64,000 nt of DNA from Desulfobacterales bacterium (GCA_030610995.1 JAUWQO010000002.1:783-64782), one strand, 5' to 3'; shown: positions 37,766 through 47,232, numbered from the stretch's first letter. Notes: generated by a model not told the origin, from the sequence alone. Made by a program: numbers and translations.

Positions 37766-37778
37766 GTGGCGTCCCCAA
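37766..37778. repeat. 13-nt direct repeat gtggcgtccccaa (copy of the tRNA-Glu 3' end), putative distal att site
   Basis: Identical to 43594-43606, which covers the 3' acceptor end of tRNA-Glu. Confidence 0.55.
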
Positions 37779-38723
37779 AGATACTCCTTGTTTACCCGTG
37801 CTGCTATATTAGCATTAAAAACTATTGTAAATATTACGAATTCTATCCAACCAAGAGACATAGAAAGCCCACCGATATACTAAAATCAGCAAGTGATAGC
37901 CACAATCTCACACAACAATATTAAAGCCAAAAATATATCAGATGATTTTTTACATCATTGTCATATATACTATTTTGGCCCAATTGTCCTTGTGTGAATA
38001 ACGGTGGGTTTTTCTTATGGGAAGGGCGTGTCTATGGTACCCCTGCAAAGTATTTTACACTTGCCCATTCAGCACCGCTTCAATCTTTAACATAGTGTAA
38101 TAGTATAGTAATTACAGCATAGTATAGAATACAGTTTTCTATAAGTTGTTGACAACCAGCGGTACAGAACTGTAATTTAAAACACCATTATAACCATAAC
38201 AAAAGCAGGTATAATTGGTCAGGAAAAAGCGATTACAGTCCGACACAAATAATAAATCATATTGACTTAACCTAATCAAAAGACACAGAAAAACCTGCTG
38301 TGGAATTAATCTTACTTGTTTTTTTCTTGGCAGGACGTTATAAATGATAAGGACGGTGCTTTTATGATTTGTATTTAAAAGAACCACGTCCACCTGAAAT
38401 TTAAGGTGTCATGAAGATATCTGTGGGAATAGTCAGAAACTATATAATAACTGGATAGGGTGTAGGAGAATTAAAAGATTATGTATCTCCCCAGTCATTC
38501 TGTTATAATGTCAAGACTTTTTATTCGGCAAAATCGCACGATAATACCCTTAGCAGGGGGTTTTATCGTGCAAAATTACCCTATTTTTCTTTTTCGCAGG
38601 CAATAATGCACGAAAACAAATCGGGCTTATAGGCCCACTACATCAAAGTTCTCCGGCCAAGATTAACCGGATATTCACATTGGAATCATTGCAAAAAGGA
38701 GCCTGAGAGGCTAAAATTTTAAT

Positions 38724-39047
38724 ATGAGCATTACACTCAAACGGATTATCGAACTTGTTGAACGCAAAGATATTAAAATATCTGATCATGGTTATGATGA
38801 ATTGGCTGAAGATGGCATTTTTGTTAGGGACGTTTTGCTCGGTATTAAGGAAGCCATAGTAATTGATGATTATCCTGACTACATAAAAGGACCATGTGTA
38901 TTAGTGTTACAGAAAGATTCTGAGATTAATCCGATCCATGTGGTATGGGGAATTCCCAAAGGCGCCAGGTCGCCAGCTGTTTTGGTTACCGCTTACAGGC
39001 CGGATCCAGCCAAATGGTCAAGTGATTTCATAAGGAGAATGTCATGA
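38724..39047 (+). CDS. DUF4258-family toxin-like protein
   Basis: [14 protein letters not shown]...[30 protein letters not shown] matches the DUF4258 pattern. Confidence 0.75.
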   Translation: MSITLKRIIELVERKDIKISDHGYDELAEDGIFVRDVLLGIKEAIVIDDYPDYIKGPCVLVLQKDSEINPIHVVWGIPKGARSPAVLVTAYRPDPAKWSSDFIRRMS

Positions 39048-39313
39048 GGAAGAGACAACATAAAAAATTAGTACACGAAGGACAATATGTGGCCGAAGTT
39101 GAAATCGAACTGATTGATACTGATGAAGGTTGGTCGCCTTATTTGTCCCTTGATGATGCATTGAAGCTTGATGATGTGCGAGATGCTCTTCGTAGAGGGG
39201 ATTTGCACAAAGCAGGTCGACTCGCTCGTGTTTTTACTTTGACCCCTGTCGCACTTGATACCGCCGGAGAACAAGGCACTGCACCTGACCGCCAACAGCT
39301 CGGCGGTTTTTGA
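39044..39313 (+). CDS. putative cognate antitoxin
   Basis: 89 aa, 4-nt overlap with the DUF4258 gene. No motif recognised. Confidence 0.4.
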   Translation: MRKRQHKKLVHEGQYVAEVEIELIDTDEGWSPYLSLDDALKLDDVRDALRRGDLHKAGRLARVFTLTPVALDTAGEQGTAPDRQQLGGF

Positions 39314-39425
39314 AATGCTCTGCTCCGTATCAAAGCAGGTGGTTTTTCAAGGTTCAGCGCCCCGCAGTGTTGGAGGCAGGTGAGTTCTGTGTTATGGCCA
39401 CTACAAATTTGAAAAGGTAAATCTA

Positions 39426-39635
39426 ATGAGTAAAGAAGTTAAACCAGAATTTATTGTCAGCAAACATAATGAGAAATATTGGATTGAAATCATAGATGAA
39501 ACTGGTTTTTGTATTTCTCGTGCGGGATTAATGGGTTTTAGTCTTTCACAGGAATCAACTTCAAAGGAAGATGCTCAGAAAATAGCAGATATTTTGAACG
39601 ACAATATCGAAAAAATTTTATTTACACCATTTTAA
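39426..39635 (+). CDS. hypothetical small protein
   Basis: 69-aa ORF with a plausible AAGG ribosome-binding site upstream. Confidence 0.35.
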   Translation: MSKEVKPEFIVSKHNEKYWIEIIDETGFCISRAGLMGFSLSQESTSKEDAQKIADILNDNIEKILFTPF

Positions 39636-40176
39636 AAAGGCGCACCTACACAGGACATAAAAAGTATTTTTATTAGTAGGTTTGTGCAATAACAAAGCAA
39701 TGAACCCGAAAGAAAAAGCTATGGCACTTTTTGTATTTTGCATATTTCACTGTTGAATATAGCTTTTGCCAGCGCATCATCAGCTTTTTCTTCCAGTTAT
39801 TGCTGCCGTTATTTAAAGGGTAAATTTCTTGGCATAGTAGTATAATAGTATTGTATAATCATCAACTTATCCATCATTCCCCAGATATCACCTGTCAAAT
39901 GCGAGCGTTGATGCGTTTGCAAACTTTCTTGTTCGTAGTGCTGGTTTTGGCGATATTATCCATACACCAGGTGATAATATGTTTGGTGATATTGAATACG
40001 GTAGGCAACTTGCTGTCTTCATGATGCACTACAATGTTGAGGGATAGTAATTTACAGCTTTGTTTATAACGGCATTTGATAACTGGAAAAACCGAACAAT
40101 GCCATACACCCGACCGCTACAGTCGCTGCGCTCCTTTCGCGTCGGGTGATGGCTGGCGTTGGGGTGCAAAAAAAAT

Positions 40177-40527
40177 ATGAGAAAAGCTGAAGCACTGATA
40201 CTTGCAGAAGAAAAATATGGGATTAACCTCAACCAAGGGAATACGCATTTTTCTTCGGTTAACTCAGCCAAGCCTGTATGGTGGTTTGAGATTCCAATAT
40301 CAAAAATTGAAAATAATGAGTTTCAAGTCATCAATCAAGTTGTTGAACAATCGGGTGATGTACTTCTATTTCAAGTCCCAGTCATATTTTTTAGAGATAA
40401 TTTGTCTGGTCTAAAAATCAGGTCAATTAAACAAATGATTTGTTTAGAAATCGACATATATACCTTTCAAAATAGAGTTGGTTCTGCAAAGCAATATTTT
40501 AAACAATTCTTGTTGGAGAAGAATTAA
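40177..40527 (+). CDS. hypothetical protein
   Basis: 116 aa counted from ATG 40177. No recognisable motif. Confidence 0.4.
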   Translation: MRKAEALILAEEKYGINLNQGNTHFSSVNSAKPVWWFEIPISKIENNEFQVINQVVEQSGDVLLFQVPVIFFRDNLSGLKIRSIKQMICLEIDIYTFQNRVGSAKQYFKQFLLEKN

Positions 40528-40675
40528 TTAAATAGAGCCCCCAACAAACGGCTGCAGTTGACGGCCTCCGCAATTTTGCGGCCTATTGTTGTCCAATATT
40601 ACGCATTCATTTACTGCTTCGAATCAAGTTCAGTATGGGCCGCAACTGAGCCAGGGTTAGGCATCAGGAATAATT

Positions 40676-41368
40676 ATGGCAATTTTCAAAGGAACAATTC
40701 AGGAATTTCATCACTTTATCGGGCCGAGAATTCGAAACGCAATAAATAATTTAACCAGAAAATATCGGCAAAACCTGAAGGGTATTTGTGAAGGTTGCGG
40801 TCAAAAAAAAGAGCTGCACTCAGCACACATCCATGGCCGCGAACGACGAACAATAATTGAAGCAATTTTAAAATCTTACACCAACAGCGAAATTATTCAT
40901 TGCAACATTGAAGAAGCAGAAAACAAAATTCTCAACGCTCATCTGCCAATTGGAAGTTGTTTCAAATTTTTATGCCACACCTGCCATGTCACCTATGATT
41001 CAAATGTAATAATCACAAAACATATCAAGGAAAGTACCGTTTTGCCAAACGGTCAAAATAAAGAAAGCGAAGAAATTAAAAAAGTAAGAAGAAAGATCCC
41101 GCGGTGGATTAAAAACCCCCATCAAATTAATAGCAGAATCCTTGTTGCCTTTCTGAAGTTGAAAAATAATAATATTCACGTAACTCCAACGGTTTTACGA
41201 GAGCATTGTAGTGAAATAAACGACTTTGAAGGCAATTACAATCAAATGAAAAATTTTGGTGAAAAAAATAATGCGAAAGTTTTCGAAGAAATTAACAACA
41301 CAATTGAACTGTGGAAGCCAGTAGAAAGTTTCATAATTGAATCATTCGAAATACATAAAAATGCCTAA
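40676..41368 (+). CDS. HNH-motif nuclease-like protein with C-terminal helical domain
   Basis: CEGCG...ELHSAHIHG...N...LCHTCH arrangement resembles a CxxC/His-Me finger. Confidence 0.5.
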   Translation: MAIFKGTIQEFHHFIGPRIRNAINNLTRKYRQNLKGICEGCGQKKELHSAHIHGRERRTIIEAILKSYTNSEIIHCNIEEAENKILNAHLPIGSCFKFLCHTCHVTYDSNVIITKHIKESTVLPNGQNKESEEIKKVRRKIPRWIKNPHQINSRILVAFLKLKNNNIHVTPTVLREHCSEINDFEGNYNQMKNFGEKNNAKVFEEINNTIELWKPVESFIIESFEIHKNA

Positions 41369-41440
41369 CAAAACTTTTACAGCGGACCGCAAAAAGCCGC
41401 GGCCGCTGAAAAGCGACGTTATTTATAAGGAAAAATAAAA

Positions 41441-42034
41441 ATGGCCCAATATCATTCTGAAAACTTAGCACCACATTATAAAAGATTGATGGTATTTGTT
41501 GATGGTTCTAATTTACTAATTGAGATGTCCAGGATAATTTCTATACCTTTCAGGGCAGAGAAACCTCCGTTTGCGGCGATTGATTTAGCTCACCGAATTG
41601 TTAACAATGTGTATAAAAATGTAAAAGAATTTGTAAAAATTAGAAGATACTGGTTTTCGTCTTATAAAGCGGATGATAAATATTACAATAAGCTTTGTAA
41701 ATATCTCCGTATGTTAGATTTTGAGCCTGTTTTATTTAAACAACGAAATGGCAAAGAGAAGGGTGTTGACATAGCTTTGACAATGGAGATGCTAATAAAC
41801 GCCTTTAACCAGAACTTCGATGTCGGTTTGCTAATAGCCGGTGATGACGATTATTTTGGCTTAATAAATGAAGTAAAGCGATATGGTCCGATAATTATGG
41901 GTGCGTTTTTTGAAAACGGTCTTTCAGAACGACTTCCGATGGCATTTGATAATTTTCATAATTTGGACAAATATTTTAATGATGATAGTTGCAATGAGTA
42001 CATACAGAGAATCAAAAACCAAATTTCGCCATAA
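41441..42034 (+). CDS. NYN/LabA-like (PIN-fold) domain protein
   Basis: MVFVDGSNL...GVDIALTMEML...LIAGDDDY acidic motifs of NYN domains. Confidence 0.7.
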   Translation: MAQYHSENLAPHYKRLMVFVDGSNLLIEMSRIISIPFRAEKPPFAAIDLAHRIVNNVYKNVKEFVKIRRYWFSSYKADDKYYNKLCKYLRMLDFEPVLFKQRNGKEKGVDIALTMEMLINAFNQNFDVGLLIAGDDDYFGLINEVKRYGPIIMGAFFENGLSERLPMAFDNFHNLDKYFNDDSCNEYIQRIKNQISP

Positions 42035-42733
42035 ATATAGATAACACATATGAGTCTTTCCGTGTCAACAGGCAATAAAAAGTTAATGAGATAAAGCTAA
42101 GCTTTTCCCTATATCCTTTTTTAACAAGCAAACTCCCTGACTTAAATTCTAAATTAATTAATCTGCTACAAACACATATGAATCAAACATCTACCCTTAT
42201 TCACAGATAGTTGCGATATTTATATGTAATCTGCAACATCGTCATCTGCAACCCAATTGCCATTATTACTTCCTAACTTATCTTCAAAAATGCCTTTTAG
42301 ACTTCCTCACAGGCCATATAAGAGCACTTCCATCCCTTACGCAATGAATGGCATTAGTTAATCGAATCCATTATTTTATTTTTTTCTTAATTTATCATTG
42401 TCATAATCTTTTATCCGACCAGATTTATTGTCTGCGGTACCTATGATATGATGACGTAGAGCCTTTCGCGGCTTATTTATTAATGCCCCCCCTATCCTCA
42501 CTTCTTTATAATAAAAACATCAGACTGATAACAAAATAAACTGAAGTAATTTATATCATTAATTAGGAGCCATTTTCCCCCCGCGGGCAGATGGCTTTTT
42601 TTGTTTTGAAAGGAGGATAATAGAAACAGCATAACGAAAGAAGACTTAAAACAATAATCATAAAACAGAAACAAAGAGCCTTTATTGTCGGATATTCCGG
42701 CTTTAAGGGCTTTTTTGTTTGAAGGAGGATAAC

Positions 42734-42949
42734 ATGACAAGGCAGCAGGAAAAGGAATATCAGGAGACAGAAATGTTGCGGGAGATACTATACAAAGCAT
42801 TAGCAGGTAAAAAGTTTCGTCTGGATTGCGGACACCACATAACTTTCGGACATTTCCTTGGAAATGATATTACTATTTTCAATGGGAAAAGATGTAAAAT
42901 TATATGTTCACAGTGCGGATATTATAAAAAAGTCGACGGTGATAAATGA
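42734..42949 (+). CDS. small Cys/His-rich protein (possible zinc ribbon)
   Basis: ATG 42734 follows AGGAGG. CGHH...CSQC. Confidence 0.35.
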   Translation: MTRQQEKEYQETEMLREILYKALAGKKFRLDCGHHITFGHFLGNDITIFNGKRCKIICSQCGYYKKVDGDK

Positions 42950-43326
42950 AAGCGTTTACCAAGAAGTTTAATTTGGCGAACATTTAAACTTCGTTTTCCT
43001 GATAGGATTTCAGATACAACTCCTTGGCTACCTAATTCCGATAAATCGCTTTGTGTCAAATTAAGTTCTTTCATAAAATATTTTAGGGCATCAATTGGAT
43101 CGCCTTCTGAAAATGGGAAATGTTCTTTATCATAAGCTTCTATTAACGTTCCAACAGTATCCATCAATACGGCTAATGGATGTTTTTCATCATTTCCAAC
43201 TTTGTCAATCAATTGATCTAAAAAAGTTGCCAAATTGTCATATTCGTCTTCTGTGCCGGGAACTGATAAAAAAGGGGCTAACGGTTGCCATTTATTTGAT
43301 ATTTCATCCAGACTATACATAACCAT
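42922..43326 (-). CDS. higA: HigA-family HTH antitoxin
   Basis: 134 aa. C-terminal XRE-type HTH (LTQSDLSELGSQGVVSEILSGKRSLNVRQIKLLGKRF). Confidence 0.75.
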   Translation of the reverse strand: MVMYSLDEISNKWQPLAPFLSVPGTEDEYDNLATFLDQLIDKVGNDEKHPLAVLMDTVGTLIEAYDKEHFPFSEGDPIDALKYFMKELNLTQSDLSELGSQGVVSEILSGKRSLNVRQIKLLGKRFHLSPSTFL

Positions 43327-43329
43327 GAT

Positions 43330-43540
43330 TCATTCCTTCCATTTACCTTTGTCATATTCTGCATGTGATAATACATGACGAACATAGAGCTTGTTGCGAT
43401 TGAAATGTATTGCTGCAACCAAACGTACTTTGTTTCCACCGATATTAAATACAGTCAATTTGCTTACCCTATCAGCATTAGGGAAATGCTCTTTTAGTTT
43501 AGTGAACGAACTAAAATTTTGGAAAGCGGGATGTCCTGAA
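43330..43540 (-). pseudogene. higB: higB toxin, 5'-truncated (no start codon)
   Basis: The frame reads ...KLKEHFPNADRVSKLTVFNIGGNKVRLVAAIHFNRNKLYVRHVLSHAEYDKGKWKE*, which matches the HigB C-terminal two thirds. About 30 N-terminal codons are missing. Confidence 0.7.
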
Positions 43541-43550
43541 CCAAAACAAA

Positions 43551-43582
43551 TAAAAAAAGGACTTAGATTTTTCTAAGTCCTT
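43551..43582 (-). terminator. intrinsic terminator downstream of tRNA-Glu
   Basis: On the minus strand, aaggacttag-aaaaat-ctaagtcctt is followed by a T-run. Confidence 0.6.
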
Positions 43583-43594
43583 GATTTTTTTTTG

Positions 43595-43672
43595 TGGCGT
43601 CCCCAACCGGATTTGAACCGGTGCTGCCGGCGTGAAAGGCCGGTGTCCTGGGCCAGGCTAGACGATGGGGAC
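43595..43672 (-). tRNA. tRNA-Glu (UUC), CCA encoded
   Basis: Hand-folded cloverleaf GTCCCCA...CCGGC-CTTTCAC-GCCGG...ACCGG-TTCAAAT-CCGGT-TGGGGAC-G-CCA. Confidence 0.95.
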
Positions 43673-43679
43673 GCATATA

Positions 43680-43755
43680 TGGTGGGCCGTGCGCGGCTCG
43701 AACGCGCGACTCTCTGCTTAAAAGGCAGATACTCTACCAACTGAGTTAACGGCCC
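43680..43755 (-). tRNA. tRNA-Lys (UUU), CCA encoded
   Basis: Hand-folded cloverleaf GGGCCGT...TCTGC-CTTTTAA-GCAGA...GCGCG-TTCGAGC-CGCGC-ACGGCCC-A-CCA. Confidence 0.95.
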
Positions 43756-43837
43756 TGTTAAAAAAACAAATATCTTAATGATAAGTTTTATTCTTGTCAA
43801 TAAAAATAGTTGTAATACTATAGCCCTTTGAAAAAAA

Positions 43838-43875
43838 TCAGACAGGATAACAGGATAAACAAGATTTTGTTTCGA
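43838..43875. repeat. aggata-word arm (reverse complement of the atcctgt words)
   Basis: Its reverse complement caaaatcttgtttatcctgttatcctgtctg nearly equals 5025-5047. Confidence 0.7.
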
Positions 43876-43941
43876 GTAAACAAACAAGGTTAAGTCTTGC
43901 TCTAATTAGCCAGTAAATCATAAAAAATCATATCCTGAGAA

Positions 43942-44125
43942 ATGAAATACAGAGAATTGACTGAGAAAATCATTGGCTGTGCATATAGAGTTTACAATCG
44001 AATGGGTTATGGTTTTAAGTTTAACTATTAATTTCGGTGAACGGAAAGCCCGCCCACCTCGTCTGAGCTCGCAATGGCGGGCGGGTTGAAATCAAACGCA
44101 AAGTAAGGGATTTTGATGAGGATTT
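43942..44125 (+). pseudogene. GxxExxY-family (PD-(D/E)XK-like) gene relic with internal deletion
   Basis: MKYRELTEKIIGCAYRVYNRMGYGF is the family N-terminus, then a stop. LTINFGERK and VEIKRKV C-terminal pieces lie in other frames around a GC hairpin insert. Confidence 0.6.
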
Positions 44126-44160
44126 ACCCTCCAGAGGCGGACAAGCATGATGAATTTTGA

Positions 44161-44199
44161 TGTTTTAATCCTGAATATCGTGTTAATCTTGTCAAAGAA
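44161..44199. repeat. atcctg-word arm facing 43838-43875
   Basis: ttttaatcctgaatatcgtgttaatcttgtcaaag. Confidence 0.55.
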
Positions 44200-44232
44200 G
44201 TCTTTTTTGAAAGACCTAAATTGCTACGAATA

Positions 44233-45681
44233 TTATTTGCGCCAGAATTCAGGCACAAGAAGGATTATTACTGTGTAAATTTCCAGCCTTCCCAAAAGCA
44301 TGCACCATATAAGCAGCCATTTGCCGGCAAACGGTATCTGCGTATAGTTGTCGGCCGGTCCGACAATCCCAAAACCCGGCCCTATGTTTCCGATAGTGGC
44401 TGCAACCGCGCCAAAAGAGGTAATAAAATCCACCCCCATGCCTGCGAGCAGGATAGCGCAAAAAGCAAAAAGGCTCATATAAAGGGCGAGAAACCCTAAA
44501 ATACTCCTCATTATATCATCTGAAACCGCTTTGCCTCCCATTTTTATTTGCTTAACCGCATGTGGATGAATAAGGGAAAACAGCTCTTTGTAACAATACT
44601 TAAAACAAAGCATGACACGGATGCATTTCATACCTCCGCCTGTTGAACCTGCTGAGGCCCCCATAAACATGCAAAATAAAAGGATAAGCTGGGACATGGC
44701 AGGCCATTTTTCGTAATCGGCTGTCGCATAGCCCGTAGTCGTAATAATAGAGACCACCTGAAAAGCTCCAAAGCGCAAAGCCTCGCCGATTTTTTCATAT
44801 ATTGAGCCATAAACATTAAATGACACGACAATAACCAAGAAAAAAACAACACCAAGAAAAAATCGGCACTCTGAATTGCGCCAGAAAGCAAGCGGTTTTC
44901 CTCTGAGCATCTGATAATGAAGCGAAAAATTTATCCCGGCAAGCAACATAAAAAAAATGATTACAACATCAAAATACAGGCTGTTGTAATGAGCGATTGA
45001 AGCATTTTTTGTTGAAAATCCACCTGTCGGCATTGTTGTGAATGTATGACACAAAGCTTCATAAAGATTCATGCCCCCTATCAACAGAAGAACAAGTTCT
45101 GCCAGAGAAATGATGGCATAAACCTTCCAAAGAATCATGGCCGTATCCCTTATTCGTGGCTTTAGCTTGTCCGGGACAGGGCCTGGTATTTCCGCCTTGT
45201 AAAGCTGCATGCCGCCGACCCCTAAAAATGGAAGGATAGCCACAGATAAGAGTATGATACCCATACCGCCAAGCCACTGGATAAAGCTTCTCCAGAAAAG
45301 GAGCCCTTTTGATACAGCCTCTATGTTGGTTAAAATCGATGCTCCTGTTGTGGTAAACCCGGAAACCGATTCAAAAAAAGCATCCACGAAAGAACTTACT
45401 TCACCACTCAGATAAAACGGTAATGCTCCGAACAGACCTACAACCGTCCACGCGACGGCCACGATTGCTATGCCTTCCCGCTGGCTGATGAATTCAGCCT
45501 TAGCTTTCCTGAAAGATAGGTGAAGCAAAAAACCTGAACATATCGTTATCACAATAGACTTTAAAATGGGAATAACGCTTTGGTCATTGAAATAAAGGCC
45601 GACAATAAGGGGCAATATCATGGTCAGCCCCAAAAAAATGGTCAACACGCCAACGATATTAATTAGATAACGCCAGCGCAT
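44233..45681 (-). CDS. trkH: Trk-type potassium uptake membrane subunit
   Basis: 482 aa, polytopic, with repeated M1-P-M2-like units (..TTTGASI.., ..MPTGGFS.., ..TTTGYAT.., ..IGNIGPG..). Confidence 0.9.
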   Translation of the reverse strand: MRWRYLINIVGVLTIFLGLTMILPLIVGLYFNDQSVIPILKSIVITICSGFLLHLSFRKAKAEFISQREGIAIVAVAWTVVGLFGALPFYLSGEVSSFVDAFFESVSGFTTTGASILTNIEAVSKGLLFWRSFIQWLGGMGIILLSVAILPFLGVGGMQLYKAEIPGPVPDKLKPRIRDTAMILWKVYAIISLAELVLLLIGGMNLYEALCHTFTTMPTGGFSTKNASIAHYNSLYFDVVIIFFMLLAGINFSLHYQMLRGKPLAFWRNSECRFFLGVVFFLVIVVSFNVYGSIYEKIGEALRFGAFQVVSIITTTGYATADYEKWPAMSQLILLFCMFMGASAGSTGGGMKCIRVMLCFKYCYKELFSLIHPHAVKQIKMGGKAVSDDIMRSILGFLALYMSLFAFCAILLAGMGVDFITSFGAVAATIGNIGPGFGIVGPADNYTQIPFAGKWLLIWCMLLGRLEIYTVIILLVPEFWRK

Positions 45682-47046
45682 TTAAAAATACTCCAGTTTA
45701 ACTGCGAGGATTTTCTCAACCTTCGGGATGGCCTGTTTTCTTGCGAATATTATTATCATGTCACCAGGATTTATAATGGAATCGCCGGCAGGGATAATAA
45801 AATTCTCTTCGCTTATTATGCCGGCAACAAGCGCCCCTTTTGGGAATGAAATATTCTTTAGAGGTTTGCCCACTATGTCTGAAGTTTCAAGAGCCACCGC
45901 CTCCATGAATTCAGCCTGCTCACCTTTAATTGATATGGAGGAAAGCACCTTGCCGCGACGAATATGCTGCAAAATTGTATTGATCGCAGAAAGTCGGGGG
46001 CTGACAACCTGTTCAATCCCGATGGTCGACATCAAGGGAAAATAGCTGAACTTGCTGATCTTTGTGATTGTTTTGCGCGCTCCCATTTGTTTGGCAAGGA
46101 GCGAAGCTAAAATATTAATCTCCTCATCGTTTGTCAGTGTGACAACCACATCAATATCCTGGATATTTTCCTCTTTCAGGAGTTCCTGGTCAGAACCGTC
46201 TCCATGGAGCACAACAACCTTATTCAATTGCTCGGCTAACTTGGCGCATCGGTCGGAACTTTTTTCAATTATTTTGGTATAAACAGGTTTTTCATCAAGC
46301 AACCTGGCTAATCTTATTCCTATTTTTCCTCCTCCTATTATAAGAATGCGTTGCGCAGGCTCTGCATACTTATCAAAAACAGTTAGAGTATCTAATAGTT
46401 TTTTTTCTTCACAAATAAAATATACAAGGTCGCCGGCCAATAACACGTCATCTCCACTTGGAATAATCAGCTTTTCTTTGCGGATAATGACAACAATAAG
46501 AGGCCTTTGTTTTTCTGATATGCTGGAAAGCTCTGAGAGACGGGTTCCGGCTAATCGCGCATCCTTATCTAAACGAATCCCGATAAATTTGATAAGACCA
46601 TCTGCAAATTCTCCGACATCGACGACACCAGGCATATTCATCATTCTGTCAATTGTTTTTACAACCTCAATCTCAGGGTTGATTACGGTGTCTATATGAG
46701 GAGCATATTTACGGAAATTATCATGGTATTGATCGAAATCGGCATTCCGTATGCGGGCAAGCTTTTTTGTTGATGGAGAAAGTATGTCTGCGACAAGACA
46801 TGCCACAAGATTTGCTTCATCACTGTTCGTCACGGCAAGGACTATTTCAGCATCTTTAATACCTGCTTCACCAAGTGCTATCGGGCTGCTTCCTGACCCG
46901 TTTACAACCTGGGCATCTATATTATCAGATACGCGACGGATTGCTTCATGATCCTTGTCAATAACAACTACATCTTTGTTTTCGTTGACCAGGCGTCTGG
47001 CAACATTAAAACCCACCTCGCCTGCGCCTATAATTACGACTTTCAA
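45682..47046 (-). CDS. trkA: Trk system NAD-binding subunit
   Basis: Two RCK/NAD-binding repeats (VVIIGAGEVG, ILIIGGGKIG); 454 aa. Confidence 0.9.
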   Translation of the reverse strand: MKVVIIGAGEVGFNVARRLVNENKDVVVIDKDHEAIRRVSDNIDAQVVNGSGSSPIALGEAGIKDAEIVLAVTNSDEANLVACLVADILSPSTKKLARIRNADFDQYHDNFRKYAPHIDTVINPEIEVVKTIDRMMNMPGVVDVGEFADGLIKFIGIRLDKDARLAGTRLSELSSISEKQRPLIVVIIRKEKLIIPSGDDVLLAGDLVYFICEEKKLLDTLTVFDKYAEPAQRILIIGGGKIGIRLARLLDEKPVYTKIIEKSSDRCAKLAEQLNKVVVLHGDGSDQELLKEENIQDIDVVVTLTNDEEINILASLLAKQMGARKTITKISKFSYFPLMSTIGIEQVVSPRLSAINTILQHIRRGKVLSSISIKGEQAEFMEAVALETSDIVGKPLKNISFPKGALVAGIISEENFIIPAGDSIINPGDMIIIFARKQAIPKVEKILAVKLEYF

Positions 47047-47232
47047 TTATAAATGCTCCTTTACGAAACGTGTTAGGTGTTAAGTGTCAGGTTTATAAAA
47101 CAAGACGTCTGCAGTGAGCTAGAGCGGCACCCGCCAAAAACCGGACTTTTTGTTCAGGCATTACTTAAGTTATTTGAAAGTACCAATTTCGAAGATTAAG
47201 GCAAAACGCTTTTGTATAATTAGGCGTAATTA

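Larger units (their letters stand above)
37779..43593. mobile_element. degraded tRNA-Glu-associated genomic island (no integrase detected)
   Basis: Bounded by the 13-nt direct repeat, visibly AT-richer than its flanks, and carrying TA modules, nuclease-like genes and gene fragments. Confidence 0.45.

Noticed and set aside
37780-38720. Search for an integrase or recombinase remnant, or an ncRNA, in the ORF-free AT-rich 0.9 kb at the island's left end. This includes the 84-aa ORF at 38139-38393.
   Set aside because: I could not recognise any recombinase motif in any frame by eye, and the 84-aa ORF is low-complexity. Only a 9-bp hairpin (gcacgataa/ttatcgtgc, about 38537-38572) stands out, possibly a TA operator. 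A blastx search is needed before claiming anything.
43573-43887. 104-aa minus-strand ORF.
   Set aside because: It runs straight through tRNA-Glu and tRNA-Lys, so it is an artefact of open frame across RNA genes.
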